64,000 bases of DNA from an uncultured bacterium (GCA_949297305.1 CASFSG010000027.1:4924-68923), one strand, 5' to 3'. Positions 19,459 to 29,583 are shown, numbered from the stretch's first letter. Notes: generated by a model not told the origin, from the letters alone. Program-made: numbers and translations.

Positions 19459-22072
19459 CTATTTTTTCCTCCTTTAAAGGTATTTGCATAGTAATACAAT
19501 GGATGTTTCCACCGCCTAAAAGTATCTCGCGACTCTCAATTTGGATGACATCTTTATCAGGATATTGCTTTTTTATTTTTTTATAAGCAATTTCATCTTC
19601 TAAAACATTAAACTTAGGCACAATTACAAATTTTTCTCCTTGATAAAAATTAATGTAACTAGCCGCTAGGCGATTCCCTTCAATGCGTTCAATTGCACCA
19701 TAACGGTCGCTTTTAATGCCAGAAGATTCTTCTTTCGACATAAATAAGGGTTTGGGCAATGGTATTTTAATAATTTTAAAAGGATTGCCTAAAGCATCTG
19801 TTTCTTTTTTTAAGATGTTATAACAAGATAAAGAATAATTATATTGCGGATCCGCTTTATCCATGCACCACCCTAAAGCGATGACGCCTGGCCGCATAAA
19901 ACAAGCAATATTATCAACATGTTCATTTGTCTCATCTAAGTAAATACCATGTTTTAACCAAATAACTTTCGAAACATTTAAATAAATTTTCAAAGTTTCT
20001 TCAATTTCCTGTTTAGTTAAGGTAGGATTGCGACCCTTAGATAATAAACAAGCTTCAGTGACTAGACAAGTTCCTTGACCGTCGACATGAATACTACCGC
20101 CCTCTAAAACAAAATTATCGAGGTAATATCGATCGACATTAAAATATTTAGCAAGCGTCTTCTTTAACTGGTTATCTTCCTTATAATTCGAATACAAACC
20201 ATCAACATCGCCACCCCAAGCATTAAATCTAAAATCGATACATCGCAGCATGCCCTGTTTATTTTTTACAAAAATTGGTGAGGTATCGCGCGCCCAAGAA
20301 TCATCGTATTTAATTTTTATCGGAATAACATTAGGAATATTCTCATATTCAACAATAACTTTGTTATAGATGCTTGGATCAATACCAACATAAACTTTTT
20401 CATAATTTTTAATGGCCATAATAACATTTTTAAAGGCTTCACGAGCTGGGACGGCGTTATTTCGCCAGGTGTCTTTACGATATGGCAAAAAGATAATTGT
20501 TCCTTGATGCTTATCGCCTTCAAAGGGCATAAAATAATCATCGCCGCGCGGCGTAGTAATTTTCTTTAATAAATAATCATCTAAGCGATGACGATATAGG
20601 TGAAATTGTGGCCATTTCTCTTTATCGATAACCGACACATAATCAGTCCTTTTATATTGCGAAAGAATTGTACATTTGCTTTTTTTATACGCTAAAATGC
20701 GATTGACGAGTTCTTTAGTAAAAACTTCGCCTGGCACAATTAAAGGGATGCCCGGCGGATAAATCATCAATTGTTCTTTGCTAACTTCATTAATTGCTTC
20801 TTCTAAAGGCACTTTTTTACCAAAAGCGTGGTAGGCTAGACGCGGACGCATTAACATATAGGGAAAATCAATCCCAAATGTATGTTCAATCCTCGCGTTC
20901 GATTTCTTATAGTGTTTCTTAGAAATATCTTTCAAAGCCTTAATTAACGCTAGAATGTGTTTCTTTTTCGTGCCAATTGACAAAACGCACATCACAACAT
21001 ATGTTTCCGCTAATTCAACTTGAATGTTATACTCGCTTTTTAAAATTTTATATAATTCAAAACCATTAATGTCTAAGTGATCGATTGCAATAACTAATTT
21101 CGTTAAGTCATAATCAAAAGAGCCGTACTTAATAAAATGTTCTCTATCTACTGTTTTAAAACCTTTGATTTTATTGATTTGTTCACGCGCGAACAAAGAA
21201 TATTCTAATGTTCGGTTCATATATTCTTGGCCATGAAGAGCAACGAATTCACGCGCGGTATCTAAACTCGCTAATAAAAGTGTTGAGGGAGAAGTCGTAT
21301 TGATGATATTTAAAGTTTTTTGAATATCTTCTTTAAAGAAAATGCCTTCATTTAATAATAAAACGCTCGATTGGGTTAATGAGCCAGCAGTTTTATGGAA
21401 AGATACGCTCGCCATGTCCGCTCCCGCTTCCATCGCGCTTATTGGACCGTTTTTATTAAAATAGTAATGCGCACCATGAGCTTCATCAACTAAAACTGCC
21501 ATTTGACGTTTATGCGCTTCCTCAACCAAAGTTTTTAAATCTGTTACCGAACCAAAATAAGTTGGATTAATGATAAAAATTGCTTTTGCTGACGGATAGC
21601 GATTCATCGCTTTTATATATTCATCAACCGATGGTTGGTTAGCAATCTCAATTTCAGGATCAAGCTTAGGCATGATATAAATCGGTGTTGCCCCGCTAAG
21701 AACTAAAGAACTGACAATCGATTTATGCACATTCCTCGGTAGAATAATTTTATCGTTAGCCTTACAAGCAGTCATAATCATGGCAATAATGCCGCTAGTT
21801 GTGCCATTAATCAAAAAATAAGCACGATCAGCTTTAGCAAAATTTGCCATCAATCTAGATGCATCAAGCAAAACGCCAGTTGGTGATGCTAAATTATCTA
21901 AACCAATCGGAGCGTTCACATCCGCTTTAAAAACCATTTCTCCTAAAAAGGATTTTAATTTATTTGGAACACTGCCCATATGATGTCCAGGAACATCAAA
22001 AGGTGACACATCATCTAAGACATATTTTTTTAAGGCATCGAAATAAGGGGTTCTATGTTGTGATTTTTTCAT
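19415..22072 (-). CDS. Fusion protein: fold-type I Arg/Lys/Orn decarboxylase (aa ~1-485) plus agmatine deiminase (aa ~505-860)
   Basis: N-terminal half has FDVPGH, NGTTSG, PRNVHKS, VDEAHGAH, SFHKT (PLP Lys227) and YPPGIP. C-terminal half has MPFEGDKH, SWARD, LEGGSIHVDG, NEHVDN and GGGNIHCITMQ (catalytic Cys). One uninterrupted 885-codon ORF. Confidence 0.93.
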   Translation of the reverse strand: MKKSQHRTPYFDALKKYVLDDVSPFDVPGHHMGSVPNKLKSFLGEMVFKADVNAPIGLDNLASPTGVLLDASRLMANFAKADRAYFLINGTTSGIIAMIMTACKANDKIILPRNVHKSIVSSLVLSGATPIYIMPKLDPEIEIANQPSVDEYIKAMNRYPSAKAIFIINPTYFGSVTDLKTLVEEAHKRQMAVLVDEAHGAHYYFNKNGPISAMEAGADMASVSFHKTAGSLTQSSVLLLNEGIFFKEDIQKTLNIINTTSPSTLLLASLDTAREFVALHGQEYMNRTLEYSLFAREQINKIKGFKTVDREHFIKYGSFDYDLTKLVIAIDHLDINGFELYKILKSEYNIQVELAETYVVMCVLSIGTKKKHILALIKALKDISKKHYKKSNARIEHTFGIDFPYMLMRPRLAYHAFGKKVPLEEAINEVSKEQLMIYPPGIPLIVPGEVFTKELVNRILAYKKSKCTILSQYKRTDYVSVIDKEKWPQFHLYRHRLDDYLLKKITTPRGDDYFMPFEGDKHQGTIIFLPYRKDTWRNNAVPAREAFKNVIMAIKNYEKVYVGIDPSIYNKVIVEYENIPNVIPIKIKYDDSWARDTSPIFVKNKQGMLRCIDFRFNAWGGDVDGLYSNYKEDNQLKKTLAKYFNVDRYYLDNFVLEGGSIHVDGQGTCLVTEACLLSKGRNPTLTKQEIEETLKIYLNVSKVIWLKHGIYLDETNEHVDNIACFMRPGVIALGWCMDKADPQYNYSLSCYNILKKETDALGNPFKIIKIPLPKPLFMSKEESSGIKSDRYGAIERIEGNRLAASYINFYQGEKFVIVPKFNVLEDEIAYKKIKKQYPDKDVIQIESREILLGGGNIHCITMQIPLKEEKIDESQSSNHPDENQL

Positions 22073-22118
22073 TGCTCTTATTATAAATAAATTTATAACT
22101 TCTTCAATTGTTGCTTGA

Positions 22119-23054
22119 TTAATTCATTTTGCAAGAACATTTCTTAATAAAAAAATGAACAATCTCTAAATTGATTGTTTGGACTTCTTTTAAATCAAAA
22201 TTAAAATGATTATAAATATGGCCAAGTTTCTTATCCACGCTTTTTTCATAATGATAAATATGTTCGGCGCTTCTTTTACTTAAATCGAGATGTAATTTAA
22301 TTGTTTCTTCTTTAAAGAAATCATTAATTGAAGTAATGATAAATAGGGGCGGTAGATGAATATTTAAATCGTTTATATATGTTTTTGGTGAATTATTTTT
22401 TAAATATTCGGAATCATTAAGATATTTCGAAAATATTTTACTAATTCCACTCCGATATAAATACTTATTAGCGAGTTTCCGTAAACCTTCATAATCATAC
22501 ATTGAAGAAGATAAATGAACAGCTTTAAAACAGACGGGGGCTAAATATGGTATTTGATAATATTGCGACAATTGATGATTTAAAAAGATGATTGCAATCA
22601 TTAAAGCTAAATGCCCGCCTGCCGAATCGCCCATCAAACATAGTTTATCTACATTTATATTATATTTATGGCGATTATCATAAATGAAATTAATTGCCAT
22701 CACTAAGGAATAAATCTGCGTGCGAATATCGATATTTTCAAAATTATCAATGAGAGGATAATTCAAATTGATAACTTGAAAACCTTCATTAACAAAATAA
22801 GAACAATATATTTCACTATAGTCTTTATCACCTTGAAAATATCCCCCTCCATGAATATTAAAAATCGTTATGCCATTATAGCCATCAACTGGCGAATAGA
22901 TGTCTAAATAATGACTTCGCGAGTAAAGATTTTCACCTAAATAGCTCAAATTTCTCGTCGTGTTATAAACGCCAAAAGTTTGATGTGACTTAAGATATTT
23001 TTTATCACCTTTGTCCATTAAATGTTTAAATAGGGAAACAGGTATTTTGATCAC
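22119..23054 (-). CDS. Alpha/beta hydrolase (HSL/esterase family)
   Basis: IHGGG oxyanion motif, GDSAGG nucleophile elbow, D and H (LGHIY) candidates for the catalytic triad. Confidence 0.9.
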   Translation of the reverse strand: MIKIPVSLFKHLMDKGDKKYLKSHQTFGVYNTTRNLSYLGENLYSRSHYLDIYSPVDGYNGITIFNIHGGGYFQGDKDYSEIYCSYFVNEGFQVINLNYPLIDNFENIDIRTQIYSLVMAINFIYDNRHKYNINVDKLCLMGDSAGGHLALMIAIIFLNHQLSQYYQIPYLAPVCFKAVHLSSSMYDYEGLRKLANKYLYRSGISKIFSKYLNDSEYLKNNSPKTYINDLNIHLPPLFIITSINDFFKEETIKLHLDLSKRSAEHIYHYEKSVDKKLGHIYNHFNFDLKEVQTINLEIVHFFIKKCSCKMN

Positions 23055-23124
23055 TTCTTTATTTTACACCACCACAAAAAGAAAGTATCTTTTTAATAAA
23101 AAGAGTTTGATTTAAAATTATAAT

Positions 23125-24156
23125 ATGGAGAAAGAAATATTTTATATCACAGGGGCAACTGGTTGGGTTGGTTATAATGTCGTTAACGAACTTTTAAAAC
23201 GCAATAAAGAAATTGTAATTTTCGTTTTAGAAAACGATAAATTTAAAGATATTTTTAATGATCATTTAGATAAAATAACGGTGATTTACGGCGATATTAC
23301 AAATATCGATGATGTGAGACGCTTTTTGAATGCTAAAAAAGAAGATAAGATAATTCAAAAAGTAATTCATTCAGCTGGCATTGTAACCGTCGAACAAAAG
23401 TTCAATCAAAAAGTATACGATGTCAATGTCAAAGGTACCCAAAACATTGTTGACATTTCTTATGAAAACCATGTTGATCATTTCGTATATGTTTCGACAA
23501 CACATGTGTTTATTGATCGACCTAAAAATCATCAAATGGTGGAAGTAAAAGAATTCCAAAATAATCCTAAGGCCGGCTTATACGCCATCACAAAAGCCGA
23601 AGCTACTAGATATGTTTTAAAAAAGGCGGACGAAGGTTTAAATGCCTCGATCATTCATCCTAGTGCGATTATTGGGCCACGCGATTATATGGAAGGCTTA
23701 ATGACTTCAATGATTTTAATGTTTTTAAGAGGTAAGTTACCAGCAAGCGTTAATGGCGCGTACGACCTAGTAGATGTTCGCGATGTCGCACATGCTTTAA
23801 TTGCGGCTACTTATTTAGGTGAAAAAGGTGAAAATTATATCATCAGTGGCCACCAAAAAAAGATTACCGATTTAATTAATGAAGTCGCAAAATTAACTAA
23901 TAAAAAGAAAATAAGATTAACATTACCTTATTGGTTTGTTGCTAGTGTAACACCGATATATGAATGGTACTGTAAGAAAAAGCATCAAAAAGTTCTATAC
24001 ACCAAAAATGCCTTAATTGCCGTGAGAAATAATTCTAATTTTTCCCATCAAAAAGCCACTGATGTTTTAAATTATCATCCGCGACCACTCTTAGAGACTT
24101 TAAATGATGTCATCGATGATTTATATAAACGTTATCCAGAAATTAAAGACAAATAA
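23125..24156 (+). CDS. Extended SDR, NAD-dependent epimerase/dehydratase (3-beta-HSD/DFR-like)
   Basis: TGATGWVG, HSAG, NVKGT, catalytic YAITK, IIHPSAIIGP. Confidence 0.9.
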   Translation: MEKEIFYITGATGWVGYNVVNELLKRNKEIVIFVLENDKFKDIFNDHLDKITVIYGDITNIDDVRRFLNAKKEDKIIQKVIHSAGIVTVEQKFNQKVYDVNVKGTQNIVDISYENHVDHFVYVSTTHVFIDRPKNHQMVEVKEFQNNPKAGLYAITKAEATRYVLKKADEGLNASIIHPSAIIGPRDYMEGLMTSMILMFLRGKLPASVNGAYDLVDVRDVAHALIAATYLGEKGENYIISGHQKKITDLINEVAKLTNKKKIRLTLPYWFVASVTPIYEWYCKKKHQKVLYTKNALIAVRNNSNFSHQKATDVLNYHPRPLLETLNDVIDDLYKRYPEIKDK

Positions 24157-25311
24157 ATGCCAGCATATAAAAAGAAATTTTGGATTAATCTAAGTGTCTT
24201 AATTTTATTAATAATTTTATTAATTGTATTTTTGTTATTAAGACAAAATGTACAGGTTGCTGAATTTATTACAAACACCTTTGGCCGTTATTATCAATTT
24301 ATTGCTACTTATTTATTTTCTTATATTCCAATATCGCTTTTAGGCGTTGGTATTTTAGCTTTAATAATTTATTTAATTGTCTGGTTAGTGCATTATATTA
24401 GACATTTAAAAAGAAACGGCAAAAGGTTTAGCAGTCAATATTGGTTTAAATTAGGATATATTTCTTTATCACTAGGTTTAATTTATTTATTAACCGCTGG
24501 TATGGCGTATAATCGCCTACCACTAAATAGCCCCACTTATAGTGTTAAAGAAGTTGATGAAAGTGAATATATGGATATCGCTAACTATTTTTTAGATGAT
24601 TATAACGAGGTAACCAATAAATTAACTTTTAATGAAGATACTGGTGAAGTTATAAATCCATATTCTTTAAAAGAAATAAACGAAATATTAAAACGCGAGT
24701 TTTCTAAATTAGATCAAAACTATTTTTATCAAGCGATTCCTCAAATAAAAGAATTTCATCTCTTATCTTACTTTTATCGTGAATTGCAAATTATTGGTGT
24801 CACCTTCGTGCCACTAGCGGAAGCCAATCTAAATAATTTAATGACTAAAAGTGAATATCCTTTTACTGCCGCACATGAAATTGCCCACACCTTAGGTGTT
24901 ATGCGCGAAGAGGACGCTAATCTAGTTGCCTTCTATATTTGTTACACTAGTAACGACCCCTACTTTAGATATTCAGCCTATCAAAGAACCTTCTCTAGTC
25001 TTTATCCTTTTGTCTTAACGCGTCTAGGACTAAATGGTTATCAGGATTTTGTTAATAAATTAGATGAAAAGATCATTAATAATATGCGTTATGACCAACA
25101 ATATTGGTCTAATTATCATCTATTAGATGATGTAGGAAATTTCTTCAATAATATCTACTTATTTTTATCAGGGAATAAGGGCACTTCTTCTTATAACGAT
25201 AATCTTGATACTGATATTAATCAAAACCCGGACGGAACAATAAAATATACCATCGGTTCTTTTTCTAGGTATCAAAACTTATATTTATATTTTTATTTTA
25301 ATAATTTATAA
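24157..25311 (+). CDS. DUF3810-like membrane-anchored zincin protein
   Basis: Three N-terminal TM spans, EANLN, AAHEIAHTLG...REEDAN (HExxH plus E). Confidence 0.78.
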   Translation: MPAYKKKFWINLSVLILLIILLIVFLLLRQNVQVAEFITNTFGRYYQFIATYLFSYIPISLLGVGILALIIYLIVWLVHYIRHLKRNGKRFSSQYWFKLGYISLSLGLIYLLTAGMAYNRLPLNSPTYSVKEVDESEYMDIANYFLDDYNEVTNKLTFNEDTGEVINPYSLKEINEILKREFSKLDQNYFYQAIPQIKEFHLLSYFYRELQIIGVTFVPLAEANLNNLMTKSEYPFTAAHEIAHTLGVMREEDANLVAFYICYTSNDPYFRYSAYQRTFSSLYPFVLTRLGLNGYQDFVNKLDEKIINNMRYDQQYWSNYHLLDDVGNFFNNIYLFLSGNKGTSSYNDNLDTDINQNPDGTIKYTIGSFSRYQNLYLYFYFNNL

Positions 25312-26109
25312 ATCTTCAACGACGAATCTTTGTGATTCTTCAAAAGGGGTTGGAAAGATAATCTTATCTTCTATTTCATAATATTCTAATGAAATTGTAT
25401 ATGAGCTTTCGATATCAACATAATATTTTGTTTGGCCTTCGATGATGACATCTCGCTCATATATTTCAAAAAAGGAGAAAGAGAATTCAAAATTATTTGC
25501 AATGATAAAATCTAAAGGAATTAAAAACTCTTCGTTATAATGAAAGGTGTTAAAAAATCTCTCTGCTACTCGTATTTTATATTCTTGATAAGCGATTTCT
25601 TTATAAGTATCAACGAGATATTTATCGTCTAACGCTTCTTCAACACTCAATTCTTGGACTATCAAATAGTTTTGTTTAAATAGCGATAAATCATCGATAT
25701 TACCATCAAAAGGATTACTATTGCTTATTTTTTGACCAAAGCAGATAACGGCAGATAATGGTGTTAGTCCTTCTTCATTAGCAAAAGCCGTATTACTAAA
25801 ATTATAATATTCTTCACTTCTTAATCCGTAAGAAATATCGCAAATTAGACCACCAGATTCTTTTATATTTTGATTTTCATGCGGGGCTAAAAAACCGATT
25901 AACACATTAGTAGAAGAATTTCCGCCGCCTCGAGGATCGGTATAATCGATAATGTGATTAATTTGGAATTTATCATAGATAAAATAATATTCGGTTCTTA
26001 AATTTGGATCATAAGGAAAAGGATTAAAAAAATCACAAGATGATAAAGCAAGAACACTTGGAAAAATCAAGGCTATAGTATTTACTTTTTTAATTAATTT
26101 ATTGGCCAT
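25306..26109 (-). CDS. Uncharacterised lipoprotein A (island)
   Basis: Lipobox LALSSC after a basic and hydrophobic signal; acidic/aromatic body; overlaps the upstream ORF by 11 nt. Confidence 0.75.
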   Translation of the reverse strand: MANKLIKKVNTIALIFPSVLALSSCDFFNPFPYDPNLRTEYYFIYDKFQINHIIDYTDPRGGGNSSTNVLIGFLAPHENQNIKESGGLICDISYGLRSEEYYNFSNTAFANEEGLTPLSAVICFGQKISNSNPFDGNIDDLSLFKQNYLIVQELSVEEALDDKYLVDTYKEIAYQEYKIRVAERFFNTFHYNEEFLIPLDFIIANNFEFSFSFFEIYERDVIIEGQTKYYVDIESSYTISLEYYEIEDKIIFPTPFEESQRFVVEDL

Positions 26110-28717
26110 AATTAAACATCCCTTTCGCTGTGATTTTATGAATGGAAATTCTTCCTTTATTTACATTACCGATTGGCTCGGTTTCAGCATATATTCTAAA
26201 TTTGTGTGTTGTTTCATCGATAAATCTGGCGTTTAAATGATTGGGATTTGTTCTATCGGTAGAAAGAACACAATCGGCAAGTAAATCAAATGAAGTAACC
26301 CAATCACCCACAAATTCATCATAATACTGAATATAAGCACTACTATCGGTTGATGTAAAATATTCAGAATCGCTCCAAAACGAAATATCAATATCAATTT
26401 CTCTTACAATGTCATCACCAAAATCAAATTCTAAATAAGCTAATCCTGCGCCCTCTCTTCTTGGTGATAAATTTATACATTCGTTTTGTATAAAACCAGC
26501 TCGAAGCCTCTTAGTAGAAACGGTGTATTCATCGAACAAAACCACATCTTCATTGATTTCTGCACTTGGATATCCATCATAAAATTCGGTCATTTCTGGA
26601 GTAATATCAACATTTATTTGAGGTATATATAAATCAACAAAATTTGAATAATATGGGCCAGTTTCTATTGAATCTCTTTCATTATAACCAGCAATCGCAA
26701 TGCTTACACGGCTAAATTCAGTTGCTAAACTCTTGATAATCGACCAAGTGGTTTCTGGTATTTTGTATGTGATTACACCATTTTCATCTGGTGTAAAATT
26801 TGTTATTAAATAAGAATCAATAAGTGTATAATTTTTAAACAAAGCTAACTTAAACTTATTCAATGGATTCTTTGATGAGCCATTTTCATTCCATTGTATT
26901 GTAGGAGAGGAATAAAAATCATAGTAACTGGTTATTGTTAGAGGACCAGGCCCAATTTTTGTTTTATTAAGTAAATCCCCTAGACCACCATAAAAACGAT
27001 AATCAGATTCGTATAAACTATCGATAAAATCAGAAAATGTATGTACGCCACTTGTTGTTAATAAATTCCAAACAATTTCATCGGTATATACATCTCCAAA
27101 ATCAAATTCTTTATTATAGAAATTCAATAGAAAAGTTGTGATAGCGTTTTCTTGCGTTTCACTAAATTCATGTCCACCATCTTTTATTTTTGGTCCATCT
27201 CCTTCTTCTTGACTTTGAGAATTTTCCTCGACATAGAAATTTAACGAATCATTATATAATGTGTTAAAGTTATCGAAACAAGTGCCAGAAATTAAATCAA
27301 AATATTCTTGATAAACCGCTAAAGGATAAAAATAGCCCCATCCTTCGGTCCATGCAATTCGCGTTGCTTTCTCCATACCATATGGAACATCATTCCATCC
27401 TAGATATTCCGCTAAATCTGCGCTACTACTATGCCTTACGCCGCCATTAATTAAATCTGTTAATTTTATTGAATAAATACCTAAATAATATTGCAAAAAA
27501 TGTGTATATTCATGAATAGCATTAAGCCAGTCGCCACAAATTTCAAAATCATATAGGCCATAATACATGTATGCAAAAGTAAGGTTTAATCCGCCGTCTC
27601 CATAATATGTATTATTAAGATCGTCTGAATCTGCTGGATATATGGCCATAAATCTCTCTGGCAAATTACTGCTTGTGATATTTTCTTTTTTATAATAGAA
27701 GCTTTGACCAAGGCTTAACGCAGCAGCAAGAGAAAAAGCACCATCAATCGCGCTATAGCCTTGATTTAAATTATAATCAATAACTATGTTTGTTGTGTAA
27801 GAGCGCCCTTCCTCTGCTAGAAGTAATCCACTTGTAATATAATAGCTTGGGGATTCAAAGAAATTCGCACTTAAAAATTTGCTAACAGTATTTACAGAAT
27901 ATGTTTCGTTTTCAGGATAAACAGCTACGTAAAAATAATCGGGTAAATATTCGTAAGGCACAAATTCTGCATAATAAAAACCATAAGGCATAGTTTCTGT
28001 TGTAAGAATAGGAGTGTCTTTTAAACAATCGTCTCCTTCTTTAAAAATTTTTACTGTAAATCCGTCTAAATATATATGTTTTTGTGCGTTTGGATCAAAT
28101 ACACTTATTTGTCCACCAATAGATACAATCTCATTTCTAATACCCATAGGGCTGATGCCTTGATTAGTAGAATTATCCACATAACTTGTTTCGGTTCTAA
28201 CATTTCTCATCATAAAAGACTCGAATAAATCGGTTTTATAGTCTTCTTGTATTTTTCCTAAAAGAATGCATTTATCCAACCATTTTTCAAATACATCCAA
28301 ATCTGAAACATAAGAAAATTCGGTTATTCCTAAATTAGAATAAATAAACAAATCAATTTTGCTACAATAATATTCATCTAAAAACACCGATAAATTTAGA
28401 CGGGAATAGTCTTCATTTATAAGGATAGAAACATTAAGGTTGTTCGTATTGAGTATAGATATATCAACATCGTCTAAGTTATAAGTTTTGTAAGAATATG
28501 TCGTTATAACTTTTTCATCAAAATCAAAAGAAAAATTATATTCATTTTCTATAATTAACGATTTATGAACTTTCTTTGGTAGAGTTTTTATTTCAATTAT
28601 GTTGTTTTCTTCATTTAATGCTTCAACTGGTTTGCTTATTTTTTGTTGACCATTAATGCCACACATTAAAAAAGCAACAATCATCGTAAGTGGAAATATT
28701 TTTTTAATTTTCATCAT
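26099..28717 (-). CDS. Large secreted multidomain protein, putative gluzincin metallopeptidase
   Basis: Signal peptide MKIKKIFPLTMIVAFLM..., AIHEYTHF followed by AWTEGWG, and beta-rich domains on both sides of the catalytic region; 872 aa. Confidence 0.7.
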   Translation of the reverse strand: MMKIKKIFPLTMIVAFLMCGINGQQKISKPVEALNEENNIIEIKTLPKKVHKSLIIENEYNFSFDFDEKVITTYSYKTYNLDDVDISILNTNNLNVSILINEDYSRLNLSVFLDEYYCSKIDLFIYSNLGITEFSYVSDLDVFEKWLDKCILLGKIQEDYKTDLFESFMMRNVRTETSYVDNSTNQGISPMGIRNEIVSIGGQISVFDPNAQKHIYLDGFTVKIFKEGDDCLKDTPILTTETMPYGFYYAEFVPYEYLPDYFYVAVYPENETYSVNTVSKFLSANFFESPSYYITSGLLLAEEGRSYTTNIVIDYNLNQGYSAIDGAFSLAAALSLGQSFYYKKENITSSNLPERFMAIYPADSDDLNNTYYGDGGLNLTFAYMYYGLYDFEICGDWLNAIHEYTHFLQYYLGIYSIKLTDLINGGVRHSSSADLAEYLGWNDVPYGMEKATRIAWTEGWGYFYPLAVYQEYFDLISGTCFDNFNTLYNDSLNFYVEENSQSQEEGDGPKIKDGGHEFSETQENAITTFLLNFYNKEFDFGDVYTDEIVWNLLTTSGVHTFSDFIDSLYESDYRFYGGLGDLLNKTKIGPGPLTITSYYDFYSSPTIQWNENGSSKNPLNKFKLALFKNYTLIDSYLITNFTPDENGVITYKIPETTWSIIKSLATEFSRVSIAIAGYNERDSIETGPYYSNFVDLYIPQINVDITPEMTEFYDGYPSAEINEDVVLFDEYTVSTKRLRAGFIQNECINLSPRREGAGLAYLEFDFGDDIVREIDIDISFWSDSEYFTSTDSSAYIQYYDEFVGDWVTSFDLLADCVLSTDRTNPNHLNARFIDETTHKFRIYAETEPIGNVNKGRISIHKITAKGMFNYGQ

Positions 28718-28846
28718 TTCTTCTACCTCTTTGATATTATTTTAAAATGTGGCTATTGTTATATTCAACATTTTTTATTTTTTTTATTTTTTGTATATTT
28801 TTTAATTCTTGCTTGCAAAAAAATTATCAAACTTTAAAATGAAAAT

Positions 28847-29578
28847 ATGAGAATAAACCTATACCTTTCTACAAAGCAACTTATTTCCTTACCAATTTTA
28901 TTTTTATTAACCGCATGTCATAAACCAACTATTGATGTTTATGATGAGCCATATTATTTTACCTATCCTGCGTCACAAATTGGTCACATCATCGATGTCA
29001 TGCAAAATGAAGAAGATATAGAATATCAAGGTTTTGAAGTACTAAATGAATGTAATGTTTTAATTGGGACAAAACTTAATTATGAAACAAAATATAATGA
29101 GGTTGAAGGTGCTTTTCCAATCGAAGTTTCTTTTGGAACAATGAATGCAACATATGACGCTTATTTAGAATTGCCTTTTTATGGTCCAAATGAGATTTTT
29201 AAACGCGCTTATATTGCTGCTAAAAAGGAATTCCCTGGTTCTACCATAAAATACCACGCATTAGAAGAATTCACCTACGATGCTTTTTCTAGCGAAGAAT
29301 ATCGCGTAGAAACAATTGTTGAAACACTATCTGTTGAATCAAAATTAGTTAAAAGGATTACTAATCTTTATCAACACACTTCGGTAAGTTATATTCCTGC
29401 TATATATTTTTTAAATTTCGACGAAATTCAAATATCATTTTGTTTGGAAACTAATCGACGAACTTATGAACTAGTCACTTCTGCCCCAATTAAATATATT
29501 TATAATCAAATCACAGACACTTTATATTTTGAGCCTGTGCTTGATTATCAAATTAAAAATTCTAATGAATTAAATTAA
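28847..29578 (+). CDS. Uncharacterised lipoprotein B (island), paralog of 25306..26109
   Basis: Lipobox LLTAC; shares YYFxYxxxQIxHIID and NVLIG with lipoprotein A. Confidence 0.75.
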   Translation: MRINLYLSTKQLISLPILFLLTACHKPTIDVYDEPYYFTYPASQIGHIIDVMQNEEDIEYQGFEVLNECNVLIGTKLNYETKYNEVEGAFPIEVSFGTMNATYDAYLELPFYGPNEIFKRAYIAAKKEFPGSTIKYHALEEFTYDAFSSEEYRVETIVETLSVESKLVKRITNLYQHTSVSYIPAIYFLNFDEIQISFCLETNRRTYELVTSAPIKYIYNQITDTLYFEPVLDYQIKNSNELN

Positions 29579-29583
29579 ATATC

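Noticed and set aside
19415-22072. Possibility that the decarboxylase-deiminase fusion is an assembly read-through artefact
   Set aside because: The junction has a coherent linker of about 20 codons, with no SD or start signal before the deiminase domain and no remnant stop; read-level confirmation is still advised.
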